This document shows, in pieces, positions 48,736 through 56,515 of a stretch of 64,000 nucleotides of DNA. The DNA comes from a virus. Position numbers and translations under genes: made by a program. Under the pieces are notes generated by a model. That model did no database searches, had not been told where the DNA came from, and saw nothing but the letters and a program-made list of their open reading frames with translations. The DNA lies in IMG/VR virus record IMGVR_UViG_3300042453_004683, positions 1 to 64,000 of that record. The stretch is one strand, 5' to 3'. The first letter of the stretch is position 1. Each line of letters opens with the position of its first letter.

Positions 48736-49224
48736 ATGACCGCCGCCGCTGACCGTCAGCCCGACTTCGCGATCGTCCTCGCCCCCGCCGAGAGCGCAGA
48801 CGGCTGGCCCGTCCCGCCGCCCGGCCTCGTCGGCGTGAGGCCCGTTCTGGCGGTCGACCGCCGCGGGTGCTTCCGGTGGTGCTCGCCCGAAGTCCTGACC
48901 GCCGCTGAAGTCGTGGCCTATCTCCCGGTCATGGGCGAGGGCTCCACCGCCGAGCAGAGGAAGGCCGCCGCTGAATACCTGCTCCGGGCGGTGTCGGGTC
49001 TCCACCCGGACCGGGAGGGGATCGATATGGCGATCCCCGCGGATCGCGTCGTCGCCGAGCGCCGCAAGGGAACGCACGACATCGCCGCCTTCACCCCGGC
49101 GTACCCCGTGCTGCTCAACCGCTGGCGCCCCTACGGCGCGCGCCCCTCGTGGCCCGCCGTCCGCCGATGGGGTCGCGGTCCCCGGACCTACGCGCGCCTG
49201 CTCAAGCTGGCCGCCGCTGTCTGA
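48736..49224 (+). CDS. Early hypothetical protein, 162 aa
   Basis: ORF with the same ACGCACAATG start context as the previous gene. Confidence 0.7.
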   Translation: MTAAADRQPDFAIVLAPAESADGWPVPPPGLVGVRPVLAVDRRGCFRWCSPEVLTAAEVVAYLPVMGEGSTAEQRKAAAEYLLRAVSGLHPDREGIDMAIPADRVVAERRKGTHDIAAFTPAYPVLLNRWRPYGARPSWPAVRRWGRGPRTYARLLKLAAAV

Positions 49225-49325
49225 CGTAGCTCTCAACGGCGCCGGCCGGTCTGACGGTCGGCGGCCCTCCCCTCCCCTGTCTGCTCCCCGCTCAACGACC
49301 GCCGTCGCGGCCGAAGGATCCCGCC

Positions 49326-49601
49326 ATGTCTGAGCCTGAGATCATCATCGTCGCGGGCCTCGGCCTGAAGGCCGTGCACGCCCGCAGCACCACACGCGAT
49401 GGGCGGCCCCGCGTCGAGTACGCGCCCCACGGCCACCCCATCGCCGCGCCCGTCGCGGGGTGCTGGGCGTACACCGCGAGTACCCGCACGCTCACCCCCG
49501 ACGAGGCGCGCGAGGCGATCGCGTTCGAGCGCGCGCAGGCGATCCCTCGTGGTGTGGGTTGCGCCGACCCCTCGTGCTGGTGCCGCGGCATCGTGCCTTA
49601 G
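49326..49601 (+). CDS. Early hypothetical protein, 91 aa, C-terminal Cys cluster
   Basis: AAGGA RBS; CADPSCWC. Confidence 0.65.
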   Translation: MSEPEIIIVAGLGLKAVHARSTTRDGRPRVEYAPHGHPIAAPVAGCWAYTASTRTLTPDEAREAIAFERAQAIPRGVGCADPSCWCRGIVP

Positions 49602-49747
49602 TCTCTCCCCTCCCCCTCCCGCCGCCGGGAGGGTGCAACCCGCCGACGGTCGGCGGCGCGCCGAAGCGTACCCCGGTCGCGCCGTGTCTGAAGTCGTCGG
49701 CGGCTTTCACCCTGTCGGGATTGTCCCTCACAATGTCAGGAGCTGCC

Positions 49748-50314
49748 ATGTCCGCCGATGTCCTGCCCGAAGTCGCCGCTGCAATCGTTTGTTTGTCCCG
49801 CGCCGCCGGGATCGCGCGCCCGCCCGTCACCTTCCGCCCCGTGCCGGGGCTGCCCCTCGTCGTCTTCGATCTGACGGCCGCCGCCTTTCCCGTCGATCGT
49901 CGCGAATGGTACGCGGTCCCCGTCAACGATGCCGCCGCCGTCGCCGCGTGGGTTGAGGCGGGGACGCTGACGCCGGACGAGATCGCGAGCGCCTTGTGCG
50001 AGTACCACGTACAGGGCGAGGCCGCCGAGCAGGCCGCCGTCGCACTTGGTATGGTGATCTTCCATCTCGACGAGGGTACCGCCGAAACGCTCACCGCCCA
50101 CCCCTGCGCCGCTGCCCTCGCCGCCGCGTGCGAGGCGGGCCGTCTGCTTGGATGGATCGCGGACGGCTACGCGCTGGGCGTCACCGTCCCCGCCGAGCAC
50201 CCCGACGCGGCGCGGGAGATCTTGGCCCCGCTCGGCTACGTCCTGCGCGCCGAGCGCCCCGCCGAATGGTGTCCCGCTGGCACCACCCGGCAGTCGTGGA
50301 TCTTCGGATACTGA
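49748..50314 (+). CDS. Hypothetical protein, paralog 1 (MSADVLPEV...)
   Basis: ATG at 49748 after TGTCAGGAGCTGCC. Confidence 0.7.
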   Translation: MSADVLPEVAAAIVCLSRAAGIARPPVTFRPVPGLPLVVFDLTAAAFPVDRREWYAVPVNDAAAVAAWVEAGTLTPDEIASALCEYHVQGEAAEQAAVALGMVIFHLDEGTAETLTAHPCAAALAAACEAGRLLGWIADGYALGVTVPAEHPDAAREILAPLGYVLRAERPAEWCPAGTTRQSWIFGY

Positions 50315-50357
50315 CTCAGACGTTTCGATCCCTCGCCTCACCCTGTCAGGAGCTACC

Positions 50358-51011
50358 ATGCCCGCCGACGCCCTTTCCATCGTGGTCCGCCTCACCGCCG
50401 CCGCTCTCCAGTACGGTGAGCGGATCGCCTTCCGCGCCGTCGTCCTGCCGTTGCTTGACGGCACCTTCATCCTCGCCACGTTCGACCGGCGGACCGTGGC
50501 GCTCACCCTCGCCGACGCCGAGCAGGCGGCCCTTGCCGCCGAGGGTGACGGCGCATGGCAGGACATCCCCGACGCCGAGCGTGACCCGGACAGCCTCCCG
50601 CTGGACAGCCTGCTCGGCATGGTCCGCGCCTCCGCCGTGGCCGACTGGGACGTGCTTTCGCGCGTGGCCGTGGCCGCCGGTCGTGCGCTCGTTATCCCCG
50701 GCGCGCTGGTCGGCGCGGATGACTGGGCCCACCCGTGCTGGCCCGACCTGCGCGCGCTGCTCGTCGACGCGGTGACGGTGGAGACGCCGAGCGGGTACAC
50801 CTACGCCACCCCCGGAACGCCGGTCGCCGACAAGCCGATCGCCAGCGTCAGCGCGTGCGACGAGGGCGGCGTCGACATCTGGCACACCGTCGCCGGCAAG
50901 GCCGCCGTCGTCCGCATCATGGCGCTGCGCGGCTACGCGCCCTGCTACGAGCACGCGCCCGCCTCCCGCGCGGACGGTCTGATCATGACCGCGTGGCGCT
51001 GGATCGGCTGA
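50358..51011 (+). CDS. Hypothetical protein, paralog 2 (MPADALSIV...)
   Basis: ATG at 50358 after TGTCAGGAGCTACC; shares AHPC and the C-terminal GY..E..W..G pattern with paralog 1. Confidence 0.7.
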   Translation: MPADALSIVVRLTAAALQYGERIAFRAVVLPLLDGTFILATFDRRTVALTLADAEQAALAAEGDGAWQDIPDAERDPDSLPLDSLLGMVRASAVADWDVLSRVAVAAGRALVIPGALVGADDWAHPCWPDLRALLVDAVTVETPSGYTYATPGTPVADKPIASVSACDEGGVDIWHTVAGKAAVVRIMALRGYAPCYEHAPASRADGLIMTAWRWIG

Positions 51012-51032
51012 AGAATAACAGCACAATCTCCC

Positions 51033-51076
51033 TTGCCGGTCGGCGGTGAGGGAGATACAAGAATGGAAACCCCGCC
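51033..51076 (+). promoter_or_regulatory. Promoter TTGCCG-17-TACAAG with ATGGAAACCCCGCC leader
   Basis: Duplicated at 52006-52049. Confidence 0.6.
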
Positions 51077-51100
51077 CCCACCGCCGGCGCTGGAGATACG

Positions 51101-51451
51101 ATGCTCACCATTGACGACTACCGCCGCACCGTCGGCTTCATCGCAGGAAACCTGCGGCATATCTGCCGCGGCGGTTTCATCCGCAGCACCGAGGGGTTGC
51201 GCGAGGCTGCCGAGCACGCGGTTCAGATGTCCCGCTGCTTCCACAACCCCGACAACGCGATCAAGGTCCTCGGCTTCTCCGGCAACGCGGACGCCGCCGA
51301 GGACGCGCTCGGCTGGAGCGGACTGGTCGCGGGCTGCCGCTCCTTCGACGAGCTGGTACACCGCAAGGCATACTATGCCTTGCTCGCCGATGTCGAAGCT
51401 CTGCTCGTGGACATCACCTTCGACGAGGAGGCGGCCGATGCCTCCGCGTAA
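51101..51451 (+). CDS. Hypothetical protein, 116 aa
   Basis: TGGAG RBS. Confidence 0.7.
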   Translation: MLTIDDYRRTVGFIAGNLRHICRGGFIRSTEGLREAAEHAVQMSRCFHNPDNAIKVLGFSGNADAAEDALGWSGLVAGCRSFDELVHRKAYYALLADVEALLVDITFDEEAADASA

Positions 51452-51986
51452 GAAGAAGCCAGCGGCACCGCCGCCCGCACCTGCCCCGCCCCCCGCTGTC
51501 CAGCGGCCCGCCGCGCCGAAGCCGCCCGCCTTCATCCCGCCCTCCCCGTGGCGGCGGTTCGACCCGCTCTGCCACGTCACCCTCGGCCTCGACCGGCTGA
51601 CCTTCGGGTCGGCGGCCGATGCCTCCTGGGCGGCCGAGCGGGTGGTGTCAGCGCACCCCGACCTCCCCGCCGACGTGGTGGATCTCCTCCGCACGCTGGC
51701 CGATGACATCGGCCGGTGGGATGCGGCCCTCGTCGACGCCGCCGAGGCTGTCAACGAGGCAGAGGACCGGGCGGAGAAGGCCAACGACGCTGCGGCGATC
51801 CACGCCGCCGCTTCGAGCAGCACGATCGATGAACTGAACGAGGAGATCGGTAAGCTCCGCAGCGCCGAAGACAGGTACGGTGAGCAGATTGACGACCTCG
51901 CCGAGCAGGTCGACACCCTGCGCGCCGAGCGTGACGCCGCCCGGCAGGTCCTCGCAGACATGCTTCGCCACGCCGGCCTCGTGTGA
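51438..51986 (+). CDS. Pro-rich N-terminus plus coiled-coil protein, 182 aa
   Basis: ATG at 51438 after GAGGAGG. Confidence 0.7.
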   Translation: MPPRKKKPAAPPPAPAPPPAVQRPAAPKPPAFIPPSPWRRFDPLCHVTLGLDRLTFGSAADASWAAERVVSAHPDLPADVVDLLRTLADDIGRWDAALVDAAEAVNEAEDRAEKANDAAAIHAAASSSTIDELNEEIGKLRSAEDRYGEQIDDLAEQVDTLRAERDAARQVLADMLRHAGLV

Positions 51987-52005
51987 GATTATCTGGTCCA
52001 GGTAC

Positions 52006-52049
52006 TTGCGGGTTTCGCCCGGACCAGATACAACGATGGAAACCCCGCC
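52006..52049 (+). promoter_or_regulatory. Promoter TTGCGG-17-TACAAC with ATGGAAACCCCGCC leader
   Basis: Copy of the element at 51033. Confidence 0.6.
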
Positions 52050-52062
52050 TGGAGTTCTCGCC

Positions 52063-52353
52063 ATGCAGACCGACACCCCGGCCGTCCCCGCCGATGTCCT
52101 CGACCGCGCCCGCGCCCTCGCGCGTGGCAGCTACCAGCGCAGCCTCCTCGACGGCTACGCCCGCTGGTCGGGCGCCGACCTGCGCGGCGCCGCGAAGCGG
52201 TGGAGCGGGCGGTACGCCGCCTCCCGCTCCGGCCTGTTCCGCCGCCTGCGCAAGGCGGGCCTCGACGTGGCCGTGCGCTACGTCACCACGTCCAACAACC
52301 GGCAGGCCGTCGCGCTCTGCCTGGCGGGCGTGCCCGTCAGCGCGGTACCGTAG
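52063..52353 (+). CDS. Basic hypothetical protein, 96 aa
   Basis: ATG at 52063 after TGGAG; motif YQ..LLDG..RWSGADLRG. Confidence 0.7.
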   Translation: MQTDTPAVPADVLDRARALARGSYQRSLLDGYARWSGADLRGAAKRWSGRYAASRSGLFRRLRKAGLDVAVRYVTTSNNRQAVALCLAGVPVSAVP

Positions 52354-52354
52354 C

Positions 52355-52549
52355 ATGGCACCCGCGTGGTACACCTCCGCCAACCTGGCGGGGCTGGCTC
52401 TGGCCGCGCTGGTCTGCGCCATCGCAAACGTCGGGCTCGGCGTCGTGCTCGGACACGGCGACGAGCACTACCCCGCCGCCGTGGTCTGCGCGGTGGTCGG
52501 GTTCTTCCTGACACTGCTCGCCAAGGCGGCGAGCAACGACGGCCTGTAG
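52355..52549 (+). CDS. Small protein with two transmembrane segments, 64 aa
   Basis: Two hydrophobic helices; starts 1 nt after the previous stop. Confidence 0.6.
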   Translation: MAPAWYTSANLAGLALAALVCAIANVGLGVVLGHGDEHYPAAVVCAVVGFFLTLLAKAASNDGL

Positions 52550-52598
52550 CGGGCTGCCGCGCCCCGCTGTGCTGTTCCCTTCACCTCTGGAGTCTCCA

Positions 52599-53006
52599 AT
52601 GACCGCCGCCCCCGCCGCCTTCGACCCCTCCGCCGACAACACCCTTCCGCCTCCCCCGGAGACCATCGTGCTCGACTTCTACGTCATCGACAACATCCGC
52701 CGCCTCCCCCTCACCGTCGGCCCCAACGGTACCCCGTGCCCGACGGTGGGCTTCACGGACGATCCGCCCCAGGTCTTCCAGTCCCCCGACATCGACGGCG
52801 ACCTCACCGTCCGCGTGGTCCGCCGCCACGTCGGCGCCACGGGCGACGTGGAGTGGGTCGACGTGGGCGACCCCGCCTACTCCCTCAAGGAGTTCCGCGC
52901 CATCACCGCCGGGCTGGTGTGCGACGGTGCGCTGACCCGCGCCGAGGCCGACGCGCTGGTCAACGAGGCGGCGGCGCTGATCGCCCGCCCGCAGGTGAGC
53001 GAGTGA
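52599..53006 (+). CDS. Hypothetical protein, 135 aa
   Basis: ATG at 52599 after TGGAG. Confidence 0.7.
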   Translation: MTAAPAAFDPSADNTLPPPPETIVLDFYVIDNIRRLPLTVGPNGTPCPTVGFTDDPPQVFQSPDIDGDLTVRVVRRHVGATGDVEWVDVGDPAYSLKEFRAITAGLVCDGALTRAEADALVNEAAALIARPQVSE

Positions 53007-53296
53007 GGCTCGCCCGCGCCCGCCGGCGGCTGACGCTACGCGGGCTGGTCGCCCTGCGGCCCACCGGGTTCGTCCGGCTGCCGATGGTGGCCGGCACCGT
53101 GCCGCGGCTGGTCCATCGGAGCAACGGGATGTTGTTCCTCGTGGTCCGCGAGGACCGCGTGTTCCCCGACATCGGCCGCTTCGGCCTGTCCATCGTCGAC
53201 TACGTGCCCCGCCTCGACGGGCGGGCCAGCATCCGGCTGACCCGCCGCTGGCGCGGCTGCGCGGCCGATGGTACTGGTGTCGAGCTGCCCTTCTGA
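53003..53296 (+). CDS. Basic hypothetical protein, 97 aa
   Basis: GTGA overlap. Confidence 0.55.
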   Translation: MRLARARRRLTLRGLVALRPTGFVRLPMVAGTVPRLVHRSNGMLFLVVREDRVFPDIGRFGLSIVDYVPRLDGRASIRLTRRWRGCAADGTGVELPF

Positions 53297-53332
53297 TTGT
53301 GTGATGACACTCACCCCTGGAGCACTGACACC

Positions 53333-53602
53333 ATGCCCCTCGCCCCCTACAACACGTCCCTCGACCTGCCCACCCTGTCCGGCATCCTGCCCGCCGACTT
53401 CGACCCGACCCTCTGGTCGACGCCGGAGCTGCGCGAGTACCCCGCCGACCCGACCTCGCCGGCCATCTGCGACGTGATGCTCTACTCGATCCACCTGGAC
53501 ACGCGCCGCTACGTCAACGTCGCCTTCGGGCGTGACCTCGCGGACATCATCGACCGGAACCCAGCGCACGCCGCCTGGATCAAGTCGGCGGTGAAGAAGT
53601 GA
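53333..53602 (+). CDS. Hypothetical protein, 89 aa
   Basis: ATG at 53333 after TGGAG. Confidence 0.7.
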   Translation: MPLAPYNTSLDLPTLSGILPADFDPTLWSTPELREYPADPTSPAICDVMLYSIHLDTRRYVNVAFGRDLADIIDRNPAHAAWIKSAVKK

Positions 53603-53751
53603 GCGAGTTCCTGGTGCTCACCGGCATGGCGTGCTACGTCGTGGCCGGCGTCTGGTGGTCCGAGTTCGCTCGGATCACGCTCGACCAGCGGGTCGCGCGC
53701 CGGTTGGTGTGGGCAGTCATCGTCCCCGTCATCCTCTGCAATCTTCCCTGA
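53599..53751 (+). CDS. Small membrane protein, 50 aa (not in the track)
   Basis: GTGA overlap; MSEFLVLTGMACYVVAGVWW...LVWAVIVPVILCNLP. Confidence 0.55.
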   Translation: MSEFLVLTGMACYVVAGVWWSEFARITLDQRVARRLVWAVIVPVILCNLP

Positions 53752-53765
53752 CAGGATCCCCGCTT

Positions 53766-54653
53766 ATGTTGACCATCGAACTCGACTACCTCGGCGTCCT
53801 CGGCAACCTCGTCGAACTGGCAGGGTCCGGTCACGTCCGCCGCGGGCGAACCTCGACCCCGTGGGTGTCATTGTCGGCGCCCATCTTCATCGACTTCTAC
53901 GTCGGCGCCGGCTGCCGGCTGCCGCTCCTGACCACCAAGAAGATGCACACGCGCAGCATCCTCGCCGAGCTGGTCTGGTTCCTGCGCGGCGACACCAACG
54001 TGCGCTGGCTCCAGGCGCACGGCGTCACCATCTGGGACGAGTGGGCCGACGCCGCCGGCAACCTCGGCCCCGTCTACGGCCACCAGTGGCGGCGCTGGCG
54101 CGACGAGCGCAGCGGCACCAGCATCGACCAGGTGCAGCGCGTCATCGACGGCTGGCTTCGCGACCCCTACGACCGCGGCCTGGTCGTGTCCGCCTGGAAC
54201 GTGGCCGACCTCGGCTCGATGGCGCTCCGTCCGTGCCACTACGCATGGCAGATCACCTGCCCGGAGCCGGGCGTGATGGACATCCACGTTCAGCAGCGCA
54301 GCGCCGACTGGTTCCTCGGCGTGCCGTACAACCTGGCCTCGTACTCGGCGCTCCTGATCCTGCTCGCCAAGGCGGTCGGCGTCACGCCAGGCACCGTCTG
54401 GTGGAGCGGGGCCGACTGCCACCTGTACCTGAACCACGTCGAGGCCGCGCAGCGGCAGTTGGCGGTGCGGGCTGCGGCGCTGGAGAGCGCGTTCACGGGC
54501 ACGGACAGGTACACCGCCCCGTGCCTCGTCGTCTCGGACGAGGCCGACATCTACTACGCCGTCACCGACGAGGGCGCGTTGACGCTGGACATGTTCGAGG
54601 TGACCGGCTACAACCCCGTGGGCCCGGTGATCCGTGCGCCCGTCGCCGTGTAG
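53766..54653 (+). CDS. thyA: Thymidylate synthase
   Basis: PLLTTKK, ELVWFLRG, IWDEWA, LGPVYGHQWR, catalytic LRPCH, QRSADWFLGVPYN, DCHLYLNH; start ATG at 53766. Confidence 0.96.
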   Translation: MLTIELDYLGVLGNLVELAGSGHVRRGRTSTPWVSLSAPIFIDFYVGAGCRLPLLTTKKMHTRSILAELVWFLRGDTNVRWLQAHGVTIWDEWADAAGNLGPVYGHQWRRWRDERSGTSIDQVQRVIDGWLRDPYDRGLVVSAWNVADLGSMALRPCHYAWQITCPEPGVMDIHVQQRSADWFLGVPYNLASYSALLILLAKAVGVTPGTVWWSGADCHLYLNHVEAAQRQLAVRAAALESAFTGTDRYTAPCLVVSDEADIYYAVTDEGALTLDMFEVTGYNPVGPVIRAPVAV

Positions 54654-54915
54654 GAGACTTGACCATGAAGCCGTCTGACCTACTGCTGTCGCTCATGCCG
54701 AGCGTGATGTCCCTCGACGAACTCGCCGGCACGGTTGCGCACAACGTCCGCATCCGTTACTGATTGATCGTCAGCGGCTTCACCTACACCACCACGAGAC
54801 ACCACGTCATCGAATACTGCGGCGTCGGTGGCTTCTACATCAAGACGCCCGACTTCGCGATCAACCTCGACTTCACCCCGCGCTGGATGCGCACAACCAC
54901 GACCGGAGGATACTG

Positions 54916-55371
54916 ATGGACAGCATCAAGAACGAACTCATCCGTCTGCGGAACGAGGGCCGGATCGTGGCCGGCACCTGGAACGACACCCAGGTCATCC
55001 TCGTGATGGCGCCCGACCGCGTGGCCGACATCGACGCCGAGATGCGGCGGCTGCACCTCAACCCCGTCGGCGAGCCCGAGCCTGAGTACGGCAACGTCAC
55101 GCGCAGCTATGTCGCCGCTGACGCGGACGCGGCCTTGCCGGTTCCGGGGCTCGCCAACGCCTCCATGCGGCTGCTGAAGGCGGGCCTCGTCCGCAGCGTC
55201 TACCTCGACGTGCAGAATGGGCGCCTGCACGTCCTCTGCTACGTCAAGGAGGGCGACATCGCGGAGGTGAGCAGCGCCCTCGAAGACATCGGACTGCGCG
55301 TCGCTCCGGCCTACAGCGGCTGGGGCAGCACCGGGACCGAGTACGGCTGGGTCGGCTACCACCCCGCCTAA
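54916..55371 (+). CDS. Hypothetical protein, 151 aa
   Basis: GGAGG RBS and codon bias. Confidence 0.7.
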   Translation: MDSIKNELIRLRNEGRIVAGTWNDTQVILVMAPDRVADIDAEMRRLHLNPVGEPEPEYGNVTRSYVAADADAALPVPGLANASMRLLKAGLVRSVYLDVQNGRLHVLCYVKEGDIAEVSSALEDIGLRVAPAYSGWGSTGTEYGWVGYHPA

Positions 55372-55946
55372 TCTGCGGACACGTCGATGATGCCGTAGTC
55401 CTGGCCGGCAGCCCCGGCCGGGACGCTCACACCACCAGCGCCACCAGCGCCACCAGCGCCGCCTCGCCCGGACACGATCGCCTCGGTGACGAGGCGGCCG
55501 ATCTCGGCGAGGCGCTCGGCGTCCGTCGCCTCGACCTTCTCGCCCGCGTACTTGCGCTCGGCGTCTGCGGCCTCCTTGCCGAACATGCCAGCGACAGCGA
55601 GTACCTCCTTCGCGGCCGCGACGCGCGCGTTCGCTGGAGCGTCCTCGTTCCCGGCGATGTCCATCAGCGTGTTCAGCGCGCTCTCGGCCAGGTCTACGGC
55701 GGTCGAGCGCAAGGCGAACCGCTGGCGGTTGACACCGTGCGCGTGCGCGGCGGCCAGCTCGCGGGTCACGCTGGTGCCGATGGCGATGTCCGCCTCCGTC
55801 AACCCCGTCTCGCTGGCGATGACGGCCATCGGGACCGACGCCACCAGCATGTCGCGGACGCGCTGCACGAGCGCGAGGTCGGCAGTCCACGAGGCGGCGG
55901 CGGTGGCGTCGGCGGCTCGGGTGAGATAGGCGGTCCGCGGCGGCAT
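55368..55946 (-). CDS. Probable terminase small subunit
   Basis: N-terminal HTH (MAVIASETGLTE) then ALNTLMDIA...PANARVAAAKEVLAVAG, typical of TerS oligomerisation helices. Confidence 0.6.
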   Translation of the reverse strand: MPPRTAYLTRAADATAAASWTADLALVQRVRDMLVASVPMAVIASETGLTEADIAIGTSVTRELAAAHAHGVNRQRFALRSTAVDLAESALNTLMDIAGNEDAPANARVAAAKEVLAVAGMFGKEAADAERKYAGEKVEATDAERLAEIGRLVTEAIVSGRGGAGGAGGAGGVSVPAGAAGQDYGIIDVSAD

Positions 55947-55993
55947 CTTTGTGGGCGTCTCCTACCCACCCCCATAACACGCGGGAGGTCCCT

Positions 55994-56422
55994 TTGCACC
56001 GCGACATCACGCTCATCCTGGCCTCAACGCTCGACGGCTGCATCGCCCGCCCGGACGGTGCGCTGCCGATGCGCGACCCGGAGGACCTCCGCCACTTCCG
56101 CGCGCTGACGATGGGCACCGACTGCGTTGTTGGGCGTGTCACGGCTGACACACTGCCCGTGCTGAAGGGACGTCGCCTGCTGGTGATGAGCGGCGGCTGG
56201 ACGACGGCCTACCGCGGCGAGCACGTCATCGTCGGCAGCGTCGAGGAGGCCATCAGCGAGCGGTACGTCGGCGAGCCGCTTCACGTCATCGGCGGCGCCC
56301 AGGTCTACGAGCTGTGGGCCGACATCGCCGACGGCGTGTCCGTCACCTGGCTCCCGATCGTGGGCGGCCCCGGCTGGATCCGGCTCGGACCGAAGATGCG
56401 GGAGAGATTATTGGTGGATTGA
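55994..56422 (+). CDS. folA: Dihydrofolate reductase
   Basis: ITLILA....GCI..DGALP...EDLRHFRALTMG..VVGRVT...LKGRR, VIGGAQVY; TTG at 55994 after GGAGG. Confidence 0.9.
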   Translation: MHRDITLILASTLDGCIARPDGALPMRDPEDLRHFRALTMGTDCVVGRVTADTLPVLKGRRLLVMSGGWTTAYRGEHVIVGSVEEAISERYVGEPLHVIGGAQVYELWADIADGVSVTWLPIVGGPGWIRLGPKMRERLLVD

Positions 56423-56424
56423 GG

Positions 56425-56453
56425 TTGACGGCGGTGGAGGGCCGAGGTACTTG
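56425..56453 (+). promoter_or_regulatory. Promoter TTGACG-17-TACTTG
   Basis: Exact spacing upstream of the R-M fusion gene. Confidence 0.55.
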
Positions 56454-56515
56454 TGTGGAAGCGGCGGGCAGCGAACCCGCCGGGCACCCGACCCCGCAAC
56501 ACCAGGAGAACACGC

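Noticed and set aside
53766-54653. Thymidylate-synthase homologue as a base-modifying dCMP/dUMP hydroxymethylase
   Set aside because: It keeps the dUMP-specifying Asn (PYNLASY) and close ThyA motifs, and DHFR lies nearby, as expected for ordinary dTMP synthesis.
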